Source: Blepharisma stoltei ATCC 30299 (lineage: Eukaryota; Protista; Ciliophora). From it: 64,000 nt of DNA. The notes below the pieces were generated by a model, which was not told the origin of the DNA, ran no database searches, and saw only the letters and a list, made by a program, of their open reading frames with translations. Of the stretch, positions 1-11,236 are shown piece after piece. Both the position numbers and the translations under genes were made by a program. Position 1 is the stretch's first letter. Each line of letters starts with the position of its first letter. Where the stretch lies: positions 186,001 through 250,000 of the forward strand of contig CBFDEM010000034.1 in NCBI GenBank assembly GCA_965603825.1, given 5' to 3'.

Positions 1-1493
1 CTTTGCTGGTAAGAGTTGCGATGATTGCACAGCCCCATTCTGGATATGATAATCATCCTAAATATGGAGATTATGAAGCACAGAGGCATTGGATGGAAAT
101 AACGACGAACTTGTCGCCTGATAAGTGGTATAAAGATTCAGCGGAGAATGACTTGGAGTACTGGGGACTTGATTATCCTCCTTTAACTGCCTGGCATTCA
201 TGGTTTTTAGGATCCGTCAGCTCCATGATAGAACCTGAGTCCATGGTTTTAGGAGAATCTAGAGGATATTTAACATCAAGTCACAAGCTATTTATGAGGC
301 TAAGCGTGATATTAGGAGATTTATTTGCATTTATTCCTGCAGTATTTATGTTCTTTAAAATGTATTATCGATATCTTTCAGGAGGAATAAAGTACTCAGC
401 AATCATTCTTATATTTTTATCACCTCCATTATTATTGATTGATAATGGGCACTTTCAATACAACAGCATCATGCTAGGATTTTCGCTTTGGGCTGTTGTA
501 TTGGTTTATTATGATTATTTAGGACTTTCTGCTGTAGTACTTGCTCTTGCTTTGAATTTCAAACAAATGGCGCTTTATTATGTGCTTCCTTTTGGCTGTA
601 TTTGGATGGCTAAAGCATGGAAACGAGCAAGGCACCAGAGTATGAGATTTCAACCGAATATTAGATGGGGAATTATGGCAGCCGAAATTATTTTGACTTT
701 ATCCAATATTATTGGCTGTGGAATTATTACTACAATTATCATCTGGATACCTTGGATAGGGTCAATTAGCGATATTACACAAGTTATTTCAAGGATATTC
801 CCATTACAAAGAGGAATATTTGAAGACAAAGTGGCCACTTTTTGATGCGTCTCATCTATTTTTATTAAATACAAGGAATTGTTCCCGACAAATTTACTTG
901 CAATGCTCTCAGCATTGCTTACGCTTGCTGCATCACTTCCATTTTTGGTGCTTTTATTCAAAAGAAAACCAATTAATTTGAGCTTTTTGCATGCACTTTC
1001 AGGGGTTTCTTTATCGTTTTTCTTGTTTTCTTACCATGTGCATGAGAAAACGATATTAATTCCTCTGCTACCATTTTCCTTGTTATCAGTAATAGACACA
1101 CCGGAATTATTTAGATTTTACGTTTTACTGGGAACTTTTAGTATGTACCCACTTATGATCAAGGATGGGCTGAGGTTTGCATATTTTTGCTTATCAATGG
1201 TTTTTTATATTATGGCTGGAGACGTAATTAAAACGTTGAATTATTTCCAAGACCGCAAAGGACACAATTTGACGCTGTGGTATATAGGAATAATCCTAAT
1301 TCACTTGATGGAGTTTATAGAACCGCCACAGCAATATCCATATTTGTTTGACACTATTATTGCTGCGTATTCTTTTCTGGGATTTCTATATATATGAATT
1401 TTTACTCTGAAATCACATTATCAAATTAAAGGAGATTCTGACCCTCGATATCACTTGGAAAATCGACTGAGGAAAAAAGCTAAAATGAGTTAA
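1..1493 (+). CDS. ALG6: Dol-P-Glc:Man9GlcNAc2-PP-Dol alpha-1,3-glucosyltransferase, 5' partial
   Basis: Motifs YGDYEAQRHWMEIT, YWGLDYPPLTAWHS, DNGHFQYN, RIFPLQRGIFEDKVATF-W(TGA 843)-C and YHVHEKTIL. Reads through TGA 843 and 1395 to TAA 1491-1493. Ends KAKMS, a KxKxx ER-retrieval signal. Confidence 0.95.
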
Positions 1494-1755
1494 TGTTAAT
1501 AAAATATTTTATTAATATATTTGCCAAACTTAGGCAATAGTAATGTATAATAATGATAATAAGTAAAATATAAATATCTTTACCATTTTAGAATGAACAC
1601 TGCTTAATAATAATCCAATTTAATCCTATGATAAATAGATTAGAAGCTACAAGAGTTTAAAATTTTTAGGAAAAGTCAGACTGTAGAGTCTCACAGCCAT
1701 AATTAAATTTATTACGATACACATCACTATTTTCAAATCTACACTATTAGTTTAC

Positions 1756-2385
1756 TTATCCTTCACTTTCCCTTGCTGACAAATATTTAGAAAACTGCTC
1801 TTTAAACCCATCCATCATCTCTTCAATATGTCTTTTAGTTTTTCCAACTATTTTCCCTTTCTTTTTCAATTCTTCATTTTCTTTTGCAATTTTTTTAATC
1901 AGTGACGTTAATTCCTTCATCCTTTTTTCATCATCCTTCATTTTTTCGCTTTCTTTTTTAGTTTTTTCAATTTCTCCCATCAGCTCTAGAATTGTTTTTT
2001 GTAACATAGAATTTTGTTCTTTGACCCTCAGAATTTCTTCCGTTTTCGAATACTCAGAAGTTACTTTATTACGGGTTGTCGTGGTTTCTTTTTGCAAAAT
2101 CCTGTTTGATTTATGGAAGTTAAGCTCGCAAACTTTTGGGGTTCGAGTGCTTTTGCACTTTGAAGTAGGCGAAATGTTGACTGGGATTTGTAAATTCAAG
2201 ATGTGGACTGGCTTAGTTGGGCCTTTAGACGTGGGGGTTGTATCTGGGGTAATTGTATCAATACTTCATGTCGAAGGGCTGCGTTTTGAAGCAGATGGCT
2301 GAACATTTGTATAAATCTCTGGATTTGAAAGGGCTCTTGCAAGATTTAAGCCTTTAGCGTGGCTTTGTTTGATTTTTTTGTTCAT
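1756..2385 (-). CDS. Hypothetical protein, S/T/P-rich N-terminus and C-terminal coiled coil (209 aa)
   Basis: ATG 2385, one in-frame TGA (2266-2268), TAA at 1756. Heptad-like K/E-rich C-half. Confidence 0.7.
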
Positions 2386-2584
2386 ATTCAATTATTTACT
2401 TCTATCATTTAAATATCATATCAATAAGTTTTAAGTAGCCAGCTCATATCTTTTTTCTTTTTTACCACACAAAGATTTTGCAACTTTAATGAATTTTAAT
2501 TAGAAACATCATATAAATGCATAAAATAAGCCTAAGAAAATTTATGATTATGACTTACTAATTCAACGATCAAACATAATTAAC

Positions 2585-3038
2585 TTATTTGTCTTGTAAA
2601 TATGGGTTTATGTTTGAAATTTCCTCATAAAGTTCATCATAGGCATCCTTCAGATCGTGAGCCTTTGGAGGTCTCGAAAGCATGAAAACTGTGGTCGGCC
2701 TTTTACTCAGTGAAGCAGTTCCCAAGTAATCCTTGGTTTTCACATAAATATAAGGATTTCCATTATTCTCACAAATGACAGGAATGTGAGCCACCAGTTC
2801 AATAGGTGTAATGTCTCCTGCCAAAATTACGATCCCTCTCTTCTTTTTCTTTAGTGCCTTTACTACTTCTTTGACTCCTCTCTTTGCCAATCCTCCCTCC
2901 GAAACTACAATAACTCTTACACTTTGACGTAACCTTCACTATTTTTTTAGAAAGAGAACTCTCTGCAAATGGATCAGCAATTGGTGACCTGAAAGGCTGC
3001 TCTTCAGATTTCTTTTTCTTGTGAGGCTCATCAACCAT
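2585..3038 (-). CDS. NHP2: H/ACA snoRNP subunit 2 (L7Ae family), one 16-nt intron
   Basis: SPIADPFAESSLSKKI...KRGVKEVVKALKK...ILAGDITPIELVAHIPVICE...LGTASLSKRPT. Removing intron 2905-2920 joins the two ORF-track frames. Confidence 0.9.
2905..2920 (-). other. 16-nt spliceosomal intron GTAAGAGTTATTGTAG
   Basis: Removal restores the NHP2 frame (…TSK-F-SEGGLAKRG…). Confidence 0.9.
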
Positions 3039-3084
3039 CTTGGAATTATATGTCAATTATCATTTATTTATACTTAATTATACC

Positions 3085-3981
3085 TTAGTTTTCTTTCTTC
3101 AACTTATACTGAATATAGTAGTATCGCCCTATAAGGATTGCAATAATAAGAGCAGCTGACAGCCCAACTGTTAGCCCAATAACTAGTCCAGTTGGGAATT
3201 TTGATTTTCATGCAGGAGGGGATCAGTTCTGATCATCCATTGTGCTTCTAAGGATAGTGCTTGTAACAAAATTTAAACTGCCGTCATACCAGACTTGATA
3301 ATAGAGTCTTCCGCTATTTAAGCAGTTTTTTGGAACCCTGTTTAGATTATAGCTGAGCAAAGTCTGGGAGCCCAAAACTGCTGAAGCACCAACTATTTCC
3401 TGTAAAGTTCCGTTATAGCTTGTGGGGCGGTTATAGTCTATAAATTTAGTAGAGACTGATGCACTGAGTGGTCCAGAGGAGTAAACTTTGCCGTCATTGA
3501 CTTCATATTTAAAGGTGTAGTTTTTTATAACTTGCGTTTCATTTATATCAGTCATTGACAAGTAATAAGAATCTATTGACGGTCCAGCCGTTTTTGTTGT
3601 ACAATTGGCTTGGATTACAATTGAAGCGACGGAGTCCATAGTGACCTTCATACATACAGGGAACCCTTTTAAATTGCTGTTATAATTTCCGCTTGTATCG
3701 CAATCTCCGCTGGAAGGCGAAATCATTGAGAGAACACAAGAAGTCTGTCTTTTACCTTGACAAGTTTTTCCTTGATAATCAGCTGGACATATACATATAT
3801 TATAAGGTGTCACATGTGTTTCGCATTTAGTAATATCTTTGAGAATTTGATAATTTGCGCGAGTCACTGTAATATTGTTGCAGGAATACACACTAGCGTC
3901 TACTGTTGCAGCAATTCCATAAGCATTGCAGTTCAATGCAGATGCAACCCCCAAAAATATCAATAAAACTGCTAGCTTCAT
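3085..3981 (-). CDS. Type I membrane protein with signal peptide, EGF-like Cys module and C-terminal TM (298 aa)
   Basis: Signal MKLAVLLIFLGVASA; EGF-like CICPADYQGKTC. Reading through TGA 3223 reveals TM GLVIGLTVGLSAALIIAILIG and a basic tail; TAA at 3085. Confidence 0.75.
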
Positions 3982-4070
3982 TTAAATATGAAAATTGCTA
4001 GCATAAATGGATAAATTAATAATCATTTAGTTTAAACAATTTATTGTGTATTATTGTCTCAATTTAGTTT

Positions 4071-5336
4071 TTAAAAAACTCTGCAACTTGCTTTATCTCT
4101 TTCCGAGTCAATCATAATTTCTTCTTTATAGACTGGGACTGTTTCAGCCTCAACTAAATTTTCTTTATTAATTTCTGGACTTTTTTCTTTGTTGCTGACT
4201 AAAATGCTTCTATCTTTGATTTCTGGGTGGGAAAGTAAGCACAGTGTTGAGTCATCGTCAATCCATATGCATTTTCCTTCAAAATTCTTTCTAGGAGTCA
4301 GAGGATAGGTTTCATAAGAGGAATTTCCTTTTCCGTTGCTCTTTGAGCTTTCTTTGTCCTCTTCCACAACGATAAAGCTTTTTGATACCTCAGCCAGAAC
4401 TTTATGGGACTTTGGAAGCTTTACACTAGAAGTTTTTAGGACTCGTTTTTTGCGGGGTGGTTTAAAGTCAAAGCCCATTCCTGCTAAGTTATTTTTTATC
4501 CTTATAGAATTCAAAAGGGTTCTAATATAATCATAGTCAGGTTCTGCATCAAATTCTAAGTTTCTGACATATTTAAATATATTGTTAAACTCTTCTGGCT
4601 TGTCTAAAAACAGACCAGTTGAAGAAAGTCTGCTTTTCATAAGCTTGATTTGTCGTTCAGTTATTTTGCTTGTTTTTTCTGCAGCAATCCATGGTAAAGT
4701 ACCATTCAAAAAATATGCGAGCATATATATGTAGGCTTCTAGATCATCTCGACGGCTTTGCTGAATTCCCATATGAGTATTCAGAGACGCAAAATATGCG
4801 GTGCCTTCAAAGGGTCTGCCTTCTGTATAAGGGATATGCAAATTCATTGATTTCTGGATATATTGTTTTGAAAGGCCATAATCAATCACATAGAGAGTAG
4901 AGGAATCAGAGCCATTACCTAATAAGAGTTGGCGTGGCTTTAGGTCTCTATGAATGTATCCTTTGCGATGGATATATTCAAGCCTGTCTAATAGTTGCTC
5001 ACCTATGGTGAGCACAGTCGCTAGTGAGAATTTTCTATTGCACTTTATAAACTTTTCTTCTAAATTAGAGCCTAAATGCTGCATCGCTAAAAATAGTTCG
5101 TCTTCATTATTACTAAATTTAATAAATTTTGGAATTCCAATTCCTCCTTGTATTGCCTTTAAAATTTTGCCTTCATTCAGTAACTGAGGAAAGCTATTTT
5201 TATTTGAAACTGATGGAATTTTTACTGCACATTTATTTTGGGTCTTCAAGTCCGTACATAGAAAGACCCTGCCAAATTGTCCTTCTCCAGCTTTTGATAT
5301 TACTTGAAATCGATTTCCTATTAGATCGGATGTCAT
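4071..5336 (-). CDS. Casein kinase 1 family protein
   Basis: GEGQFG, AVK, HRDLKP, DYGLSK, GTAYFASLNTHMG, QSRRDDLE, LPW. Confidence 0.92.
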   Translation of the reverse strand: MTSDLIGNRFQVISKAGEGQFGRVFLCTDLKTQNKCAVKIPSVSNKNSFPQLLNEGKILKAIQGGIGIPKFIKFSNNEDELFLAMQHLGSNLEEKFIKCNRKFSLATVLTIGEQLLDRLEYIHRKGYIHRDLKPRQLLLGNGSDSSTLYVIDYGLSKQYIQKSMNLHIPYTEGRPFEGTAYFASLNTHMGIQQSRRDDLEAYIYMLAYFLNGTLPWIAAEKTSKITERQIKLMKSRLSSTGLFLDKPEEFNNIFKYVRNLEFDAEPDYDYIRTLLNSIRIKNNLAGMGFDFKPPRKKRVLKTSSVKLPKSHKVLAEVSKSFIVVEEDKESSKSNGKGNSSYETYPLTPRKNFEGKCIWIDDDSTLCLLSHPEIKDRSILVSNKEKSPEINKENLVEAETVPVYKEEIMIDSERDKASCRVF

Positions 5337-5961
5337 TTTAATTATTATAATCTACATAGACTGTTAATTTATACAGCAAATTTAATTAAAATAATTTAAA
5401 ATAATCATAAAAATATAAAATGATTACTAATTTTTAGACTGGAAATGTGCTTTGGAGGAATTAAAGAGCTCATAAGAAAAAGGCGTAATTAAAAAAGAAC
5501 TGGACAATATGGTGTAAAATTATCATGATATATTAATTCTTAAATATTTTATATATAAAACTAAATGCTAAATAATCAAAGATAAGCAAGCCAAAATAGC
5601 TATTCTTCTTAAATTGAATTATATGCTTATATAAAGTGTCAGGGAACCAGTATAATACTTGCAAAATGAATGCATAGCTCTTTGATCTTCTGTTCTTAAA
5701 AAAACTTTTAACAAATAATTATGCAAAATCCCATCACAATCTACTTGGATAATCTTTTATGATATCAGAAATCAATTAACAATCTAAAACTTAGCACATT
5801 ATTATAAATATTAAATTCTCACAAAAATGCCTCACCTATAGCTTCTTTTAATTTTTCCATAATTCTTCTTTTTACATTAATATCTCATTATATGAAATAT
5901 TTGCAATAGAATCTAAACTATTGGCAGCTGCTTATTATTATTATAAATAATAAAATTATCA

Positions 5962-7929
5962 ATGAAAGACACAAGATCACTATGGGCTGAAGAACAAATT
6001 GAAGATGTCTATAAGCTTCTAGTAAAATTCTGTGGTTTTAGCTTCTTTTTATCAACTGTTCTAAAAGCTGTTTCGAGCCTATTTTCCCCAAAGGAGTTTT
6101 TTCTGACAGTTGCAATCCCTCAAACATTAATGCATATGATAGTTTACTATATCATCAAGCTCACACAAGATAAGCCCACTATATTGAAGGTTATGGTTTC
6201 ATTTTTTGTTGCAGAGTACTTCAACGCATTTTTGCTCTATCATTCAAAAATTGATCAAATGCCTCAGGCTGGAATTTTTGAGCTGACTGCTACCTTAGTT
6301 TGCTTCTTTTTTGAGTTTTTTATCATAAAGAATAAATGAGTTCTCAATTTTTTGGTTTTAAAGCAGCTTTATCTGTGGCATTTTCACGGCGTGATTTTTG
6401 GCGATAATGGACCTGCAGGCTTAGTTGAATTCATACCATATGCCTCAATCTGGCTAATAATGGGACTTGTCAATGTAGGTTATCATCATTTAACAAAAAT
6501 ATCATATGAGCACTTTGTATACATGAAAGGAAAGAAAATGTCAAATTTAAGCGAGTCTAATAATCTTATTGAAGACATTTGCTATTTAATTGAACACCCT
6601 CAGGGTCAAGATGTTACTCTTGGAATCTCACTGAGTGGAAATGTAAACTTGGAATGAAAAGCAACGCTTATTGAATGGGAAAAGAAGCTGGCGCTTTTTG
6701 TTTTGATTAGAGATGCAAGCCAAATAATAGAGCTTGAAAGGAACCTAGCAAATGATAAAATGAAGACTCTTTTATTGAGAACTGTTTCTCATGAACTGAG
6801 AACTCCAATGAATTCCATTATCCATTTTACCGATGACATACTTGGCAGCCAAGAACACTTGGAAAGTGAAGCAAGGCATAAGCTGAAAATTATATCAGTT
6901 TCTGCAAAAATGATGATTTCAATGATAAATGATTTATTAGATTACTCTAAAATCATCGCTGGCTTTTTTGCTTTACACAAGTCTTACTGTAACATTCGAG
7001 AAATCATAGAAAATGCTCTCGATTTGATACAAACCCAGGCCTCAAAAAAAAACTTATCAGTTTGTTATAGAATTGATCCAGAGCTCCCGGAATTGGTTTT
7101 TACTGATCCCTTAAGATTTAGCCAAATAATATTGAACTTATTGAACAACTCTTTGAAATTCACAATTACTGGAAAAATCGAGATTTGCCTTATAAAATCC
7201 TCAGAAAACAGATTAAAATGCTATGTAGAAGACACAGGGATTGGCATGAATGATACAGTGATTCAAATGCTGACAACCAATTTCAAATCTTTTGATATAC
7301 CTCATCTTAACTGTCCAGGCTGCAGCCTTGGTATGTGTATTTCAAATTTATTAGTAAAGCAGCTTGGAGGTGAATCATTTCAATTTAAATCGATATTAGG
7401 CAAAGGCACTGCAGTTTGATTCTTAATAGATCTTCTTGACCATCCTTCTCGAAGTGAGCGATATGAGTCAATTCAAAGCGAAATAAGCGGAAGCCATTTT
7501 GAATGGTGCCATCCTTCTGCACTTTATATAAAGCATCCTTCTCCAAGTGTGCTGATTGTTGATGATATGGAATTTGATTTAGAAATACTTGCCTCTATAA
7601 TGAAAAAACATGGAATCAGCTATGCTGAAGCTCAGAATGGAGAAACTGCTATTGATTTAGTTAAATCTAGCGATAGTAGGAAGCAACCGTTTAAAGTAAT
7701 TTTAATGGATTGTGAAATGCCTGGAATCAGTGGATGGGATGCGACAAGGAAAATTAATAAGCTTTTCATGGAAGGAGAAATTGAAAGCTTGCCATATATA
7801 ATTGGATACTCTGCTTATAGCTCTGATGAGGACATAAAAAAAGGGATCAACTGTGGAATGACAGATTTTTTAACTAAGCCAAGCACTCCTGAAAAAATAA
7901 TGTTTACAATTTTGAGGTATTTATCATAA
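5962..7929 (+). CDS. Hybrid histidine kinase HK-A (TM, partly deleted PAS, HisKA, HATPase_c, receiver; 655 aa)
   Basis: Single frame across TGA 6337, 6655 and 7417. SHELRTP, NLLNNSLKFT, DTGIG; receiver LIVDD…ILMDCEMP…KP. Confidence 0.9.
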
Positions 7930-8594
7930 AATATAAATAACTTAAATTAGTTTCATATTGCATACTGCATTTTTAAATATAAAATTGTCTGAATTCGACA
8001 ATCATATTATCTATACAGAATATAGCATGTTCGATAATTTGAATGAATGAAGCCCAACTTAATAGGAACGCCAAAAATTTTAACTCGTAATTTGGAGAAA
8101 TTATAATAAATTGCTTCATTTTTAATTTTTTTTGAGAAGCAACCCTCTCCTTCATTTTAATTTGATACCATTATTATCTATTTTGGATGCCATATCCAAT
8201 AGGCTAATTCTTAATATGAGTTAGCCAATAGAATATAATTGATTTTTTATCTTTCGTTAATAAAGTTTATTTTGTTCAGCTTGCTCCAAGAATTTTCCAA
8301 AAAATTATAGGCTAAGCAATTTTTGATTAGCTTCGCATTTTCAAATCCAAAAACACAAGACTAAGCAGCAATTAGGGCTAGCATTATAATTTTAAGGATA
8401 ATTATAAAATTGTTTTGGAGCTGCACCAATACTCTATAATTCAAAATAAAATCGAAGCAAAAAGACTAATTAATTATTAGTCCTCAAAAAGTTTACTGAG
8501 CATTTTTTCCAAATTTCTTTATTGCATCATCTCAGCTTTACTAAATCCTTATTCATTAGCCACCGATTAAAAATAAAATTTAGGGGCATTAAAA

Positions 8595-9101
8595 ATGTTA
8601 AGTTCTGATTGTGCAGGATGCAGTGATCCAGTGAAGCGTGCAATTTTATACTCAAAAAATCCTAATTCCCTTTGTTCTAACTGTCGAAGTGTCATTTCTA
8701 TCCAAGAGTCCACAGAATCCATATCAAAAGAATCTTTCTTTGAAACAGAAGACTTAAAGTATCCTCACTTCAGGAAACAAAAAAAGAAGAGATTCTTCAA
8801 CACTTTTACCAAAATGAAAAAATATGCCCATCACTTGTCAAAACAAATCGGCAACAGATTCACAGCTGCAGCTGTTCGAAAAGCAAGACAAGAATACAGA
8901 TTGGCTGAAAAACTAGCAGAATTACATGATAAAGCAAGCCAGAAAACTAGAGAACATTTGGTGAAAGCGATAAGGACCTGCTATGTCCGCGACTATAATT
9001 TAGAACAAGTTAATGCATATTTAAGACAGAATGGCCCTCCGTTTGAGAACCTAGCTGATATATTCCAAGACCTTTATGATAATTATATTAATAGAGATTA
9101 A
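8595..9101 (+). CDS. Unknown C4 zinc-finger protein, paralog 1 of 3
   Basis: CAGC-x17-CSNC plus a shared C-terminal domain KY..HL..QIG.RF…C..RDY.L.. Confidence 0.75.
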   Translation: MLSSDCAGCSDPVKRAILYSKNPNSLCSNCRSVISIQESTESISKESFFETEDLKYPHFRKQKKKRFFNTFTKMKKYAHHLSKQIGNRFTAAAVRKARQEYRLAEKLAELHDKASQKTREHLVKAIRTCYVRDYNLEQVNAYLRQNGPPFENLADIFQDLYDNYINRD

Positions 9102-9109
9102 TAAAAAAT

Positions 9110-9655
9110 ATGGAGTGCGAGGGGTGCAATGATTTAATAAAAAGGACTATTTTGTTTGGCAAAAAATCTTCAGCCTTGTGCTTGAAATGCAAAAAGTCCT
9201 TTGAAAAGCCGAATATCCTTCCAGATTATTCTAATTATGTTGAGTACTTAGAAGAAGAGCCTGAAGTAACGACTGAAAATGGCACTGAAGCGAAGTCTCC
9301 AGATGATAAAAAGGACAAGAAATCCTCTAAATGTTCGAGTCAATGGGCTGGATGTACAATGCTGCGAAAATACACAACACATCTGGTAAGGCAGATCGGG
9401 CACAGATTTACTGATGAAGCACAGAGAAAAGCGAAGACAGAAGGAAAATTGCAGAAAAAAATAATAAGCTTGAATAATACAACACCCAAAGAGAAGAGGC
9501 TTCTACTGGCAAAAGCTGTAAGGTTGTGCTCGAAAAGAGATTATACGTTAGCCCAGATAGGCGAATTTTTAAGGCCGAAAGGATTTCCTTATTCAGCTTT
9601 TGTCGATATTATAGAAAGCTTTTATAAAAACCATTTAGCTAAAACTATTGACTAA
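9110..9655 (+). CDS. Unknown C4 zinc-finger protein, paralog 2 of 3
   Basis: CEGC-x17-CLKC; KYTTHLVRQIGHRF; CSKRDYTL. Confidence 0.75.
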   Translation: MECEGCNDLIKRTILFGKKSSALCLKCKKSFEKPNILPDYSNYVEYLEEEPEVTTENGTEAKSPDDKKDKKSSKCSSQWAGCTMLRKYTTHLVRQIGHRFTDEAQRKAKTEGKLQKKIISLNNTTPKEKRLLLAKAVRLCSKRDYTLAQIGEFLRPKGFPYSAFVDIIESFYKNHLAKTID

Positions 9656-9804
9656 TAAATAACTGATAAATAAAGGGGGACTTAAAAATTAATATAAAAT
9701 CTTAATAAAAATCAAATTTAGATAGGTGAATTATTCAAATATAATATAAATATTTAGAAATTTACTTTCGTTTATAATAAATATAATATTTTTTGGGCGT
9801 AAAA

Positions 9805-10320
9805 ATGTTTAACGATGATTGTGTAGGTTGCAAAAACCCAATCAAGCGGTTATATTTTTATTCTAAAGGTGTGGTTTTTCTGTGTCATAAATGCCAAAAA
9901 ATATGTGCTGACGAATTCCCAGATAAATTTTCTAGATCGACTGTTAAGAATATAGATCCAAGAGGCGAAAATACGCCAACCAAAAGCTCTTTAAACAATT
10001 TGAGAAAATATGGAGTCCTTCTCACAACACAGATAGGGCATAGGATTCATGAAATTAATTTAAAGACTGCAAGATCTCAATATAAGTTGCTTTCTAAGCT
10101 GCAAGCTATATTTAAAAATGCTCCGATGGAACAAAAGATAGGGCTTGGAAAATCTTTAAAACTTTGCTATAATCGAGATTATAATTTAGAGGAGATTAAT
10201 AATTATTTAAGACCTTTGGGATCATCATTTGAAGAACTAGCTGATATGTTTCAATATTTTTATGATCATTATATCAAAAAATATATGCTCGGAACTCAGC
10301 AATCCATAAATATATCATAA
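9805..10320 (+). CDS. Unknown C4 zinc-finger protein, paralog 3 of 3
   Basis: ATG 9805; CVGC-x17-CHKC; KYGVLLTTQIGHRI; CYNRDYNL. Confidence 0.75.
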   Translation: MFNDDCVGCKNPIKRLYFYSKGVVFLCHKCQKICADEFPDKFSRSTVKNIDPRGENTPTKSSLNNLRKYGVLLTTQIGHRIHEINLKTARSQYKLLSKLQAIFKNAPMEQKIGLGKSLKLCYNRDYNLEEINNYLRPLGSSFEELADMFQYFYDHYIKKYMLGTQQSINIS

Positions 10321-10650
10321 ATAGCATAGTTTCTGAGTGATTAAGTAGCCTATAGGCTGATATCAGCTTCAATAAGATAAGCTTTATAATTAAAATGATT
10401 TAAGCATTTCATACCTTTTTTATAAAATGCAGATCTTTGATTCGATTTGATAAATTAATTGATTTTAATCAAAACATTATGCTTATTTTAATATGGCATA
10501 AATGTACACACTGATAATTGAAAAAAAGATTTTTTCCAGAATATTTAGTCCTGCCTTTACTCTTTCAAATTTATATCATTCAATTTTTAATAAATACATT
10601 AAATAATCGACAATTTACATCTATGAATTATTAGATATTTAATACCATAC

Positions 10651-11151
10651 ATGACTAAAGGAAGATCCAGGAATTGCTGGTTTACGATAAATAATTTCAC
10701 TGAGGGAACCATTGAGCTTTTGAAGAATGAATTTGAGGCAGGAAAGATCTCATATTTAATTGTTGCAATTAAGTATGTTCCAGCTCCTCACTTGCTTGGT
10801 TGCATTCAATTTAAACAGCAGACGAGATATATTAAATTGGCTAGAAAATTAAATGCCAATTTCAGAAAATGCTCAGGACTCACTGAAGATGTAATAAAGG
10901 TATGGTTTAAGAGCGAAAATTTTGTGGAAATGGGAAAATTCAAAACTATTACAATAAATAGTGCGAAAAAGACCAAAACAGAAGATCAAAAATCGGTGAA
11001 AATATCAAGTAGTAAGGTCAGCTCAGAAGAAACTGTTGTAGACGATTATAATGCTTTTTATCAGCAATTTAATCTCTTTTGTACGTTATTTGAGCCATTT
11101 TGTTCTTTTACTTCAAATATGACTGAAAATCCAGTTTTTCTACCATTTTAG
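10651..11151 (+). CDS. CRESS-DNA-virus (circovirus-like) Rep HUH endonuclease-domain protein, predicted catalytically inactive, no helicase domain
   Basis: Motif I-like SRNCWFTINN, YLIV…PHLLGCIQF (cf. PHLQG), and SG…VWFKSENFVEMG at the motif III position (cf. KG…YCSKEG…E.G). Confidence 0.72.
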   Translation: MTKGRSRNCWFTINNFTEGTIELLKNEFEAGKISYLIVAIKYVPAPHLLGCIQFKQQTRYIKLARKLNANFRKCSGLTEDVIKVWFKSENFVEMGKFKTITINSAKKTKTEDQKSVKISSSKVSSEETVVDDYNAFYQQFNLFCTLFEPFCSFTSNMTENPVFLPF

Positions 11152-11236
11152 GCAATTTTTCAAAATTGCACTTTTACCTGAAATAATTTATTTTATCTAA
11201 TTTTAATTCCAAAATCTACTTGTTTTTTCTATTTAT

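Noticed and set aside
843-845. TGA as selenocysteine or cysteine
   Set aside because: It aligns with conserved Trp and swaps with TGG in paralogs, not with TGY.
7973-8155. 60-aa minus-strand ORF and small hairpins near 8183-8227
   Set aside because: No motif, low-complexity AT-rich sequence, and the stems are short enough to be chance.
8595-10320. Calling the trio GATA factors, ArfGAPs or LIM proteins
   Set aside because: Only the Cys spacing fits. The GATA TP.WR core, the ArfGAP x16 spacing with catalytic Arg, and the LIM His are all absent.
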